64,000 nt of DNA from Squalus acanthias (taxonomy: Eukaryota): the NCBI GenBank assembly GCA_030390025.1, contig CM059432.1, positions 24,182,001 through 24,246,000 on the forward strand, given 5' to 3'. Below are positions 50,235 through 63,045 of this stretch, in pieces. A program made the position numbers and the translations under genes. The notes under the pieces were generated by a model that had not been told where the DNA came from, searched no databases, and was given only the letters and a program-made list of their open reading frames with translations. The first letter of the stretch is position 1, and each line of letters starts with the position of its first letter.

Positions 50235-51092
50235 CTCAAGTATTTAAAGGAACAATCCAAACATGCAAGTTGAAGGAGTTGGAGTTGGCTGTCAAAGAAC
50301 TGGAAGTGTTGCAATGGAGTCGAGACGGGCAAAGACTATGTCCACTTCACGGATGCCCACCTGGATGTGTTACTGGGGCTATGAGGAGTAGCAGAGAGAT
50401 ACTCTTCCCTAACAACGGGAGGAAGCAGCCTGCTGCTGAGACAAAAGAAAGCATAGTCTGAGGTTGCTGAGGAGGTCAGCAGCAGGAGTGTGGTGCCACG
50501 CTCCTGGATTCAATGCCGAAAGCGGTATAATGACCTAAGCAAGGCAGGAAAGGTGAGTGCAGTGGCACATTAACCTACAGCCTGCTGTGCGCATCACCCC
50601 AACCCCTACAATGCCTTCTCAAGACTGCTCCATCACATCACTCCTCATGCCCACTTACATTGCAGGTGCACCCACCCGTCCTTCTCTTTCTATCCACAGA
50701 ACACCAGGGAGAGGGTGAGAACTGGAGGGGGCCCTCCGCGGATAACGCAGCTGACAACTGCAGAGGAGGGGGCACTGGAGATCAGTGGAGTTATGGCATC
50801 CCTAGCTGTCGGAGATGGGGAGGCAATGAGTTCCCAGCTACCTAGAGACACATTGAAATAAAAGCCACTCGTGTCATACGGCACTCAGTCATGTTGAATT
50901 GATTTCAACAGCGTGTGAAATATGATCATCTTCATCATGATAACATGCAACATTCTAACCTTGCAATGGCTAATTCATGTTGTTTATCTCCCACAGGGCC
51001 TTTATGCATGCAGCAGGCGTTGAAGGATGTGGCAGGCGACAAATCCTCAGAGGAGCTGAGTCATTCTGAGAGTGCACCGTCACAGGACTCAT

Positions 51093-54075
51093 TCAGAGAA
51101 ATGCACCGCTACGAAACACAATAATAAGAATGAAACCGGATGGACCAACCGGCATCGACCTCGGCACCGGATACGGACACGGCAACGGCCACCCAGCCCA
51201 GTCGACACTGCAAAGTCCACCTCACCAATATCTGGGGACTTGTGCCAAAATTGGGAGAGCTTATTCCACAGACTAGTCAAGCAATAGCCTGACATAGTCA
51301 TAGTCACAGAATCATACCTGCCAGCCAATGTCCCAAACTCCTCCATCACCATCCCTGGGTATGTCCTGTCCCACCGGCAGGACAGACCCACCAGGGGTGG
51401 TGACACAGTGGTATACAGTTGGGAAGAAGTGGCACTGGGTGTCCTCAACATTGACTTCGGACCCCATGAAGTCTCATGGCTTCAGGTCAAGCATGGGCAA
51501 GGAAACCTCCTGCTGATTACCACCTACCGCCCTCCCTCAGCTGATGAATCAGTACTCCTCCATGTTGAACACAACTTGGAAGAAGCACTGAGAGTAGCAA
51601 GGGCACAGAATGTACTCTGGGTGGGAGACTTCAATGTCCATCACCAAGATTGACTCGGTAGCAACACAACTGACCGAGCTGGCTGAGGCCTGAAGGACAT
51701 AGCTGCCAGTCTGGGCCTGCGACAGGTGATGAGAGAACCAACACGAGGGAAAAACCTACTTGACCTCGTCCTCACCAATCTATCTGTTGCAGATGCATCT
51801 GTGCATGACAGTATTGGTAGCAGTGACCACCGCACAGTCATTGTGGAGACGAGGTCCCGTCTTCACACTGAGAATACCCTCCATCGTGTTGTGTGGCACT
51901 ACCACCGTGCTAAATGGGATAGATTCAGAACAGATCTAGCAGCTCAAAACTGGGCATCCATGAGGCGCTGTGGGCCATCAGCAGCAGCAGAATTGCATTC
52001 CACCACAATCTGTAACCTCATGGTCCGGCATATCCCTCACTCTACCATTACCATCAAGCCAGGGGACCAACCCTGGTTCAATAAGGAGTGTAGAAGAGCA
52101 TGCCAGGAGCAGCACCAGGCATACCTAAAAATGAGGTACCAACCTGGGGATGCTGCAACACAGGACTACATGCATGCTAAAAAGCGGAAACAGTATGCTA
52201 TAGACAGGGCTAAGCGATCCCACAATCAAGGGATCAGATCAAAGCTCTGCAGTCCTGCCACATCCAGTCGTGAATGGTGGTGGATCATTAAACAACTAAC
52301 TGGAGGAGGAGGCTCCATGAATATCCCCATCCTCAATGATGGTGGAGCCCAGCACGTGAGTGCAAAATACAAGGCTAAAGCGTTTGCAACCATCTTCAGC
52401 CAGAAGTGCTGAGTGGACGATCCATATCGGCCTACTCCTGAGGTCCCTACCATCACAGTAGCCAGTCTTCAGCCAATTTGATTCATTTCACATGATATCA
52501 AGAAATAGCTGAGCGCACTGGATACAGCAAAAGCTATGGGCCCCGACAACATCCCAGCTATCGTGCTGAAGACTTGTGCTCCAGAACTAGCCGCACCTCC
52601 AGCCAAGCTGTTCCAGTACAGCTACAACACTGGCATCTATCGAACAATGTGGAAAATTGCCCAGGTATATCCTGTCCACAAAAAGCAGGACAAATTCAAT
52701 CCGGCCAATTACCGCCCCATCAGTCTACTCTCAATCATCAGCAAAGTGATGGAAGGTGTCGTCGACAGTGCTATCAAGTGGCACTTACTCACCAATAACC
52801 TGCTCACTGATGCCCAGTTTGGGATCCGCCAAGACCACTCGACTCCTGACCTTATTACAGCCTTGGTCCAAACATGGACAAAGGAGCTGAATTCCAGAGG
52901 TGAGGTGAGAGTGACTGCCCTTGACATCAAGGCAGCATTTGACTGAGTGTGGCATCAAGGAGCCCCAGTAAAATTGAAGCTAATGAGAATCAGGGGGAAA
53001 ACTCTCCACTGGCTGGAGTCATACCTAGCACAAAGGAAGATGGTTGTGGTGATTGAAGGTCAATCATCACAGCCCCAGGACATCGCTACAGGAGTTCCTC
53101 AGGGCAGTGTCCTAGGCCCAACCATCTTCAGCTGTTTCATCATTGACCTTCCCTCCAACATAACGTCAGAAATGGGGATGTTCACTGATGACTGTTCAGC
53201 GCTATTCACAATTTCTCAGATAATGAAGCAGTCCATGTCCGCATACAACAAGACCAGGACAACGTTCAGGCTTGGGCTATTAAGTGGCTGGTAACATTCG
53301 CGCCACAGAAGTACCAGGCAATGACTATCTCCAACAAGTCAGAGTCTAAGAACCACCCCTTGACATTCAATAGCATTACCATCGCCAAGTCCCCCTCCAT
53401 CAACATCCTGGGGGTCACCATTGAACAGAAACTGGAACAGCCACATAAATACTGTGGCAACAAGAGCAAGTCAGAAGCTAGGTATTCTGTGGCGAGTGTC
53501 TCACCTCCTGAATCCCCAAAGCCATTCCACCATCTACAAGGCACAAGTAAGGAGTGTGATGGAATACTCTCCACTTACCTGAATGAGTGTAGCTCCAACA
53601 ACACTCAAGAAGCTCGACACCATCCAAGACAAAGCAGCCCGCTTGATTGGCACCCCATCCACCACCTTAAACATTCACTCTCACCATCACCGGCGTACCG
53701 TGGCTGCAGTGTGTACCATCTACAAGATGCATTGCAGCAATTCGCCAAGGCTTCTTCGGCAGCACCTCCCAAACCCGCGACCTCTTCCATCTGGAAGGAC
53801 AAGGGCAGCAGGCACATGGGAACACCACCACCTCCAAGTTCCCCTCCAAGTCACACACCATCCAGGCTTAGAAGTATATCACTGATCCTTCATCGTCACT
53901 GGGTCAAAATCCTGGAACTCCCTCCCTAACAGCACTGTGGGAGTACCTTCACCACACAGACTGCAGCGGTTCAAGAAGGCAGCTCACCACCACCTTCTCA
54001 AGGGAAATTTGGGATGGGCAATAAATGCTGGCCTTGCCAGCGGCACCCACATCCCAGAAACAAATTTAAAAAAAG
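51093..54075 (+). mobile_element. Family B LINE, near-complete APE-RT ORF with many stops
   Basis: TESY, TYRPP, GDFN, SDH (APE); NYRPISLL, LDIKAAFD, GVPQGSVLGP (RT); aataaa and A-rich tail. Confidence 0.92.
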
Positions 54076-54232
54076 ATAATCTCACTTCGGTGGGACCAGG
54101 AAGGCCGATATTTGGGGTTTCACCTGGTGACTCACACTTCATCTGTGAGCAAGAGCAGATGGCGGAGACAAGGACCGCAGTGGCGAGTCTGCATCAGAGA
54201 ACGTGCCCTCTCCAAGCTTTGATCAGCTGGAC

Positions 54233-54664
54233 TGTGTTTCAGTTGACAGTTTGTTTCAATTAAATAGGTTAAGGAGGACAAGGGGTCACAAATTTCAGTT
54301 GTATAAGGCTAGATCTGGGTTAGATGTCAGGAGGTGGTTTTTTCCCCAGAGAATAGTGGACCTCTGGAATAGGCTGCCGTCTCGTGCTGGATCTGTTTCT
54401 GGCTGGGTACTGCATGGATTCAGGGCCAGACTGATCTCCTGGACTAGTTTTGATCGCCTAGATGGGTCGGAGAGGAATTTCCCAGATTTTTTTCCCCAAA
54501 TTAGCCTGGGTTTTTAATCTTTTTTTTGCCTCTCCCAGGAGATCACATGGTTTTGGGTGGGGTGGAGAGTATATATTGTGATACACAAGGTATCGCAATT
54601 GTGTGAGACAGGCTTGATGAACCAGAGGGTCTTTACCTGTCAGCCATTGTTCATATGTTTGTAT
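54233..54664 (+). mobile_element. CR1 3' fragment with a long 3' UTR
   Basis: RTRGHKFQL...FFPQRIVDLWNRLP; tail ttcatatgtttgtat; ggac duplicated at the flanks. Confidence 0.8.
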
Positions 54665-54946
54665 GGACACGGATGCTGTACCTCGGGGGCCGTCGATAAA
54701 GAGGAGAATCATTGAGCAGCAGCAGACAATGTGTGATGCACTGACAGGCCTTCAAAGCACACTCACCACAATTGCAGAGAGACTGGAGGAGTTCACCATG
54801 AGGTGAGTGATGTCGCAGGCCATTAAGATGATGTCTTCTTCCATAGATTGAGTGTGATGATGCGGAGATGCCGGTGTTGGACTGGGGTGGACAAAAATGA
54901 GAAGTCGCACAACACCAGGTTATAGTCCAACAGTTTTATTTGAAAT

Positions 54947-54981
54947 TACGAGCTTTCGGAGCTCTGCTCCTTCTTCAGGTA
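54947..54981 (-). ncRNA. Minimal type I hammerhead ribozyme-like motif
   Basis: uac CUGAAGA a ggagc-aga-gcucc GAAA gc UC gua. Confidence 0.6.
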
Positions 54982-55037
54982 CAGGTACAGTGAGGGAATA
55001 CAAGTCGATTACACAGTATATAGAGACAGAGAACAAT

Positions 55038-55780
55038 GGCCCAAAAATTAGTGTCTCTACGCGAGAGTACGCACTGTGTACTCTCGCGTATTCTGTCTCC
55101 AATTGCCGGTTTTCTGCATGCACTGCGCATGCGCTGAAAACCGGCACTTGGTGATTTCAAAAGGGGGCGGTTCCTAGGTGAACCGCGTGCGCGCTACAGG
55201 CTGCGCGCACGCAGTGCACTTAGTGCTTTGAACGCACAGGTAAGCATGGAAGATTTTGCACATAAAGAAAGGAGGCGTAAGACCCTCTTTTAACAAGGTA
55301 AGTAGTTAATTAAGTATTATTTTGAATTTTTTTCAACAGGTATATCTTTTTTAGAGACTTTAAAGAAAGGTAAGTTTATTTTTATAACTTTTTAAAAGAT
55401 TTTAAATTTTTTCAAAAATTTAATTTTTTGTTTAAAGTGGTTAATTTATTTAACTATACTTATTTTATTAATGTGATGGTTTTTTTTTAAATTTAATTGA
55501 GGTTTAGCTGTTCTTTTGAGGGGGTATAGATTCATAGCTTTCACAGCACTTGCTGTGAAAACTATGAATGAAAGATGGTGTGCTGCCATTGGCTCTAACT
55601 GAATCACGTGATCCCACAGCTCGCACGAATTAACTGCGCCTGTGGGATACGGAAGCACTGCACAGCTGCTGTCTAGAAAATCAAGGTCGTGCGAGCTCGG
55701 AATGAAAAGGCAGGCGCGCAGTGAGATATCGCGGGGAAGCCTTACCCCCGCACGAAGGCTCCGTCATTAATTTCTGGGCC
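55038..55780. mobile_element. Harbinger-type MITE related to 33959-34725
   Basis: TIR ggcccaaaaattagtg / cattaatttctgggcc; AAT TSD. Confidence 0.88.
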
Positions 55781-56949
55781 AATGTGTCTGCAGAGATACA
55801 ATCCATCAGGGACACATCAAAGACACATCAGAGTACAGCTAAGACAAAAAGGTGGGTCACAGGGGGTCCAACGTGTCAAATGCTGCCGTCTGCAGTTAAG
55901 CTTTTAACTTTTTTTTAAAAACTGGAAAAACAGACAGCGATATCGAGTCACGTTCTGGAGCGTGACATGATTGAGTGGCTAGCGCTATGGACCATTAAAT
56001 GCACCAATCACATGAGTCCTTGCATGCCTGGAACACCAACTTGCAGACTCTGGATGCTAACATGCCTGCCACCGTAAATAGGTTGACAGACACCATAGCC
56101 TTGGCCTTACAGGGCCGCCCTGATCTGCACCAAAGTGTTCTCCAGCAAAGTGGTAGCAGTGAAGTGCGGCTTTATCCAGGAGAGGGATGATGGCGAAAGG
56201 GGACATGGAAGCGAGAACTCCACTCAACGCGCTTCCATTTCTCACCCACAGCCCACCTCTTAGACATTAGCTCACATGCTGCCTCGTCTCCCGATGGCTG
56301 AGTCTACCCCTGCACAGGTGTAGGGGGGGGGCAGCCTTTGGCGGGGCCCTCACAGGCTCCAAGACCCAGAGGACATCAGCCAAGAGTAATTCAGCAGTCA
56401 GAGCAGGGATGTGATCAGCCTGCCTCTACCTCTGCTGAAGACACACAGGTTGCACCACATAGGAGTAGCAGAAAAAGGAAGAGTAATGCTTTGTAGTTGC
56501 ACAAGGGTATGCACATGGGTGTCTGAGAAAATGTTGCTTTGATAAGTTTCTCTTCTTTATTTACATCACATAAATGTTAATCTTTTTCACAACTTTCCTG
56601 TCTTGTGCATTCTTGGGTGCTGGGTGCTATGTGGCCTTCTCTTATCATCATGTCTTTCATAAACCGCAAGGGCTTTCACTCAGTCAATGCCTAGGTGGTG
56701 AAAAATCTGCAGCATAGGAACATGTAGGTCAATGCCCACTTTCAGACAGCAGGCACAATTCATTAATTTTAATATTGCTCTTTTCCAAGCAACCATGCAC
56801 TTCCCTTTCCAAAGAGTTTATGGACTCTATTATTTGTGGCAGAGTTTCTCTGCATGGAGAAATTTTTCGAACCTCCCCTTTAAATCTTTTTAAAAATTTG
56901 TTACCTCTTGTTACAGTTTTTCCAGTTAGTAGAAATAATCTTCCACAAT

Positions 56950-57267
56950 TTCTTCGACAGCACCTCCCAAGCCCGCGACCTCTACCATCTAGAAGGACAA
57001 CAGCACCAGGTGCATGAGAACACCATCAACTCCAAGTTCCCCTCCAAGTCACACATCATCCTGACTTGGAAATATATCCCCGTTCCTTCATTGTCACTGG
57101 GTCAAAATCCTGGAACTCACTCCCTAACAGCACTGTGGGAGTACCTTCACCACACGGACTGCAGCGGTTCAAGAAGGCTCACCACCACCTTTTCAAGGGC
57201 AATTAGGGATGGGCAATAAATGTTGGCTTTGACAGTGACGGCCACATCCCAGGAACGAATAAAAAAT
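56950..57267 (+). mobile_element. Family B LINE 3' fragment
   Basis: Colinear with 53750-54075. Confidence 0.85.
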
Positions 57268-58554
57268 GTTTTAATCTTATTGTAACTTTCATAACTTTGA
57301 AGGTTACCTTTAACTTCTTCCCTGCAGTGCAAATTCCTTAACTTTTCATGTTTTTCTTCATAACTGTAACCCTTCATCCCTGGTAATGTCTCAAATGAAT
57401 CTATGCTGTGCATTTACCATTGCTTTTACATCCTTCCCTTAATGAGTTGCCCAAAGCTATGCACAATATTCCAACTGTGTTTAATTACACACACTATCAA
57501 CATTCACCTTGTAGGCTCTCACATGAGTACTTGGGTGAGCTAGTGAAGAGCTGTTGAAAGTTGTGAAACCGTATGAGTCCATAAATGAGCCCAAAGTATG
57601 AGACCTTCAAGAGAGATGGGGAAAACTTTGGAGGGAAAATTTTTTAAATGTTAAAGAGAATATTTGTGGTTTTATTGTTACGAGAAACAAGACCAAATCA
57701 AATCCAATCCAGACTGACAGCCAAAAGACCCACTAGGTGTCATCTTTGCTCAATTGGTGGCCTTCTTGCCTTGGAGTTGGAACATTGTGGATCCATAGTG
57801 CCGCTATGGACTTGGACACATAACCCTAGAATTTCCTTGAAATTAATTATGCTGCTGTTGCCCCTTCCAAAAACAAAATGACGCCTGCAGAGGCAGTTAC
57901 ACGTAGATTTACTGGGTCTGCTCACTTGCATTCCTATTGGTGTAAGACCTGTGTAAAATGGGTGTAAGTGTTTGAAGTACCTGGAAACTTCTGTGCAGCC
58001 TTTAAAAAGGCAGTTCAACAACAGACTGGGAGATAGCCAGGTAAAAGAGGAACAGCGCTTGACTCTTTTACTTCACTCTCCAATAACTTCACTGCATATC
58101 TTAGCAATATTTTTAATATAATGTACAGAAATATGACTACGCAGACATCATCTGGACCCAGAGGGCAGCAGGTTATGGCACCAAGCCAGATAAGAAGAAT
58201 GCAGAACTTCACTGATTCAGACTTCTAAGCTCTCCTCAAGAAACTTGAAGGCAGTAGGCACAGACCACCAAGTTGCCACCATGAAACTCAAAAGTGCAAC
58301 TCATGCCCACTAGCTTCACCCTATTAAAGCAACATTTCCACAACTAACTCTTTCCACTGCACTCTGGATAAGAGTGGCTTTAATTCAGTATCTTGTACCA
58401 TTGGCTACCCAGTTCCCATCATAGCTAAACCCTAATCCCTTCTTTCACTGTAACACCCTCATATCCCCATGTCTCTTACTTCACCTCTTCCATGCCACTC
58501 GACACACATTCCTCAACTGCTAACCGTACACTCATTCATTATGTCTTCTTCCAG

Positions 58555-58700
58555 TACAAATTGGCACACAATCTCCGCCAAAGACAGGCCACCAGAGGGG
58601 GTATCCCCACCTTTAAACCCCTTACTTCCTTCGAGGATGAGGCCATGCAGCTCGTGAGCACTCACTCGGCTCTTGTCACGGGAGTTGGTGTGGTTGGTGA
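58555..58700 (+). pseudogene. Harbinger Myb-like second-exon remnant
   Basis: Acceptor tgtcttcttccag then KLAHNLRQRQATRGGIP..KPLTSFEDEAMQLV, similar to exon 2 at 50699; TIR-like aaaatttaccc near 59160. Confidence 0.5.
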
Positions 58701-59217
58701 CATTTTGCTGGTATCAGGTGTGGACACAGAATCGCAAAAGAAAGCTGCTTTACAAAGTGTTGCCCAGCTGCAGAAACCTGTATTCAAAATCTCCAGACGT
58801 TTCTGCATCAGGAATTCCTCACTTCCACCTGTATCCAGATTACTGCACCATCTAACTCCGCAAAAATGATTTTTTTAGTTTATTTGGTCAGTTTTCTGAA
58901 AGGCTTCCAACAGACCCTTTAAGGACCACTGGTTAGGCTGCCCAACGCTGGTACAAATGGGCGAAGTGTCACTGGTGCGTAGAACCCCAATTTGAATTTT
59001 AAATGTAGCCTCCCGCCTGGAACAGTTGAGTGCTCTTTCCCTTCTCAGGACCCTAGCTAAGATAGCTACGACGGGAGCACCGGCCTAAACAGGGGAGTAA
59101 GTTCCATTTTTAGGCTACTATCAACCCGTTTACACAGAGCGGAGGCAGTTAAAATTTACCCCTGGTGTCTAAAGTAGAAAGTATCTCATTATCTACCCGT
59201 CGATTCTTCACCTCAAT

Positions 59218-59667
59218 GAAAGAAAAGAAGAACTTACATTTATATAGCGCATTCCATGACCTCAGGACGTCCCAAAGCGCTTTACAGCCATACTTTTGAA
59301 GTGTAGTCACTGTTGCAATGTAGGAAACTCAGCAGCCAATATACACACAGCAAGCTCCCACAAACAGCAATGAAATAATGACCAGATCATTTGTATTTTT
59401 TAGTGATGTTAGTTGAGGGATAAGTATTGGACAGGACACTGGGGAGAATTCCTGTGCTCTTCTTCAAAATAGTGTTTTGAGATCATTTACGGCCATCTGA
59501 GAGGGCAGATGTGGCCACGGTTTAATGTCTCATCCAAAAGACAGCACATCCGACTGTGCAGTTCTCCCTCCGTACTGCGCTGGAGTGGCAGCCTAGATTT
59601 TGTGCTCAAGTATCTGGAGTGGGACTTGAAGCAGAGGTGCGAGTGCTACCTTTGAGCCAAGACTGAC
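59218..59667 (-). mobile_element. SacSINE1-like SINE
   Basis: Near full-length reverse complement of 53-522. Confidence 0.85.
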
Positions 59668-62260
59668 ATGTATGTCTGTATGATACAAATGTAAAGAATT
59701 GAGAAAAATGATTTGATAATAGCAAAGGATAATCCAAATTCCAAAATCAAATGAAACATTAATGAACGTGAAAAGTAGAATACTGCATAATTAAAAATGT
59801 CTGGGATTGTTTTCAAAACTATAAGCCACTTTGGGACTCAAATGACATTTATAAACTGTTTGGCCTCTAGTTTTGTGCTTACAAATCAAACTAACCCCTA
59901 AAGAAGTGCATTTCATCCTTGTTATTCCCTGTATTATATGCTGAAAAGCAATAGCTCCTGATATCTGTCCACCAGGAAATCAAAATACAAACACGGTTTT
60001 ACCATAACACTAAAACTGCTCTGTTGTATTTCAATTATATTCACTTCATTAATTCATGTGATGGCAGAACAAGTGATGAAGCCATTAGCAGGACAACATG
60101 CACAGTGGCATTCAACACTGCACTAAGATTATTTATCTGTCTCCTGCCAATTCTGCCACTAGAGTTAGTCATTTGTCTTCTCCATCCCAGTTAGCCGCAA
60201 TCCAACTGTGCGCGGGAACTGATGACGCTGCTGCCAGTCCATTTTCTGAAGCTAATTATCTGTTATTCTTTGGCCTTCCTCTTGTGTACCTTACCAATCT
60301 CCCTCTTCCATAAGGGACCTGCTTTGCAATCAGTATTGTTATCATTCCTTAGCAAAAACAAACCGTAAGGTAACTTGTGCAAGGCTCCGCTCCCTCCGTC
60401 ACCTTCGCTCATTGGGGTTGGAGATTTGAAGATTCGGAGGTGGAGGCCAGCACCCAGGATTTGAGCCACTCCTGGTTTATCTGGAGCCTTATAAAATTTA
60501 CTCTATACTCACTCTTCAACGTGAAGAATAAGGTAAAGTCAGACCCACTTGTAATTCCAAAAAGTATATAAGCACATTCTACCAGATTCAGGAGATTAGC
60601 AAGTGACTTTTGTTGTAGTACAAAATAAATTCAAGGGATGACATTTTATCCAGCTGAGGTACAATATGTTATATAAAACAAAGGGAAAGAGCAAGTAATT
60701 ACAATGAACATTGATATCAAATAAAGATATAAGAACTGCAAGAACAATCTTTAACTGACAAAAGTTTGAAACTAGCTGGTTGGTCTTTCAATTCTGCTGA
60801 TGTAGTCCCTTGGACTCTCTGTTCAACTGTTCGATGTTGACACCATATTGGTAATAGTTATGACCTTATTTGGCACAAGCAAGGATTAATAGATTACAGC
60901 AGTAGTTTACAAAGTACAATTCAGAATTATATTACCCCGTTGTCCTTTGGGTAGAAGCTACAACTCCATTCCACGCACCCTCTAGAATTTTGTCCTTGTT
61001 CACCCGCCTGGTGCCCTTTGTTCAATCCTCTACCCTGAGTTAATTTTGAGTTGCCTACTTATTCCCTGAACATTCCTGCCCACCCTTTGTCGTATCACGT
61101 CCACTACCGTTATTACAGCCTATCAAATTTCTCTTTCCCCCCTTTTCCTCGAAACAGTAATAATGAAGAACAGCTCATTATGGAAAGCTCCACACCTGGT
61201 TGTGACATCTTAGCACACATGACTATAGCTAGGGCGCTTATAACGAAAATATTGTTAGTGACAGTTTCATGACCCAACGTGTTCCTCCATCTGGCCCGCA
61301 GCACCTGCTATAACAGGCTACACGTTAATACTGAAACAATTGCTCTTCCCTAATTATGGGGTGTTCAGAGACTTGTTCAGACTTGTCTGTTTGGACAGGT
61401 TCAACCTGTAGACTTTAAAACTAATGACAATTCTAACTGTAAAGAAATCCTAGCCTAAACATCATTCTCTTTACTAATTCTAATGAAGGAATAATAAGAC
61501 TATAGTCCAACAAAACTTAATAATAAAATGCATTCTAGCAGACCTTAATATTGGAAAATAGTAAAAGGGAATTATAATTCCACAAATAACAAGAGCTCTT
61601 TAGTACACATGACCACCGCTAGAGGAGTAGAATCATAGAATCATAGAATGGTTACAGCAGAGAAGGAGGCCATTCAGCCTGTCGAGCCAGTGGTGGCTCT
61701 CTGCAAGAGCACTTCAGCTAGTCCCACTCCCCCGCCCTTTCCCCGTAGCCCTGCAAATTTACTTCCTTCAGGTACTTATCCAATTCCCTTTTGAAAGCCA
61801 TGATTAAATCTGCCTCCACCACCCTTTCAGGCAGTGCATTCCAGATCCTAACCACTCGCTGAGTAAAAAGTTTTTCCTCATGTCGCCTTTGGTTCCTCTG
61901 CCAATCATCTTAAATCTGTGTCCTCTGATTCTCGACCCTTCCGCCAATGGGAACAGTTTCTCTCTATCTACTCTGTCTAGACCCATCATGATTTTGAACA
62001 GCTCGATCAAATCTCCTCTCAACCTTCTCTGCTCTCAGGAGAACAACCCTAGCTTCTCCAGTCTATCCACGTAACTGAAGTCCCTCATCCCTGGAACCAT
62101 TCTTGTAAATATTTTCTGCACCCTCTCTAAGGCCTTCACATCTTTCCTAAAGTGCGGTGCCCAGAATTGGACACAATACTCCAGTTGAGGCTGAACCAGT
62201 GTTTTATAAAGGTTCATCATAACTTCCTTGCTTTTATACTCTATGCCTCTATTTATGAAG

Positions 62261-62470
62261 TTGAGAGGTCGCACAACACCAGGTTATAGTCCAACAGTTT
62301 TATTTGAAATCACAAGCTTTCGGAGCTATCGCTCCTTCCTCAGGTGAAAGGAAGGAGCGATAGCTCCGAAAGCTTGTGATTTCAAATAAAACTGTTGGAC
62401 TATAACCTGGTGTTGTGCGACCTCTCAATTTTGTCCACCCCAGTCCAACACCGGCATCTCCGCATCATGA
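62261..62470. mobile_element. PLE-derived inverted pLTR insertion
   Basis: Perfect 80-bp inverted repeat (62261-62340 / 62349-62428); 15-bp perfect TSD cctctatttatgaag. Confidence 0.9.
62310..62347 (-). ncRNA. Minimal type I hammerhead ribozyme-like motif
   Basis: ucac CUGAGGA a ggagc-gaua-gcucc GAAA gc UU guga; palindromic AAGCUU in place of stem III. Confidence 0.65.
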
Positions 62471-63045
62471 CCTCTATTTATGAAGCCCAGGATCCCATAT
62501 GCTTTTTTAACCGCTTTCTCAACCTGCCCTGCCACCTTCAACGATTTGTACACATATACCCCCAGGTCTCTCTGTTCATGCACCCCCTTTAGAATTGTAC
62601 CCTTTAGTTTATATTGCCTCTCCTCGTTTTTCCTACCAAAATGTATCACTTTGCACTTTTCTGCGTTAAATTTCATCTGCCACGTGTCCGCCCATTCCAC
62701 CAGCCTGTCTATGTCCTCTTGCAGTCTATCACTATCCTCCTCACTGTTCACTATACTTCCAAGTTTTGTGTCATATGCAAATTTTGAAATTGTGCCCTGT
62801 ACTCCCAAGTCCAAGTCATTAATATATATCAAGGAAAGCAGTGGTCCTAATACCGACCCCTGGGGAACACCACTGTATACCTTCCTCCAGCCGATAAACA
62901 ACCGTTCACTACTACTCTCTGTTTCCTGTCAATTTTGTATCCATGCTGCCACTGTCTCTTTTATTCCATGGGCTTCAACTTTGCTGGCAAGCCTATTATG
63001 TGGCACTTTATCAAATGCCTTTTGGAGTAGATAACAACATAACTA

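Larger units (their letters stand above)
54855..55968 (-). mobile_element. PLE-derived insertion (pLTR end) hosting a MITE
   Basis: 54855-54980 matches the 62261-62470 family; 9-bp TSD gattgagtg at 54846-54854 and 55969-55977. Confidence 0.8.
49717..56500 (+). mobile_element. PIF/Harbinger element with a decayed multi-exon Myb/SANT-like gene, heavily interrupted; right end not located
   Basis: TIR-like gggcaggatttt; exon 1 (50314-50552) REILFPNNGRK...RSWIQCRKRYNDL|gtgagt; exon 2 RTGGGPP..LT..EE; basic C-terminus RSSRKRK* near 56496. Confidence 0.75.
61628..63027 (-). mobile_element. 5'-truncated CR1 interrupted by a PLE
   Basis: ORFs 61804-62022, 62035-62274, 62425-62901 with GVPQGSVLGP; (attctatg)n tail. 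Confidence 0.92.

Noticed and set aside
51093..51215. HDV-like ribozyme at the 5' end of the family B LINE
   Set aside because: I could not identify the nested double-pseudoknot pairings by eye.
62480..63034. 184-aa plus-strand ORF and similar antisense ORFs over LINEs
   Set aside because: Shadow frames antisense to CR1 RT.
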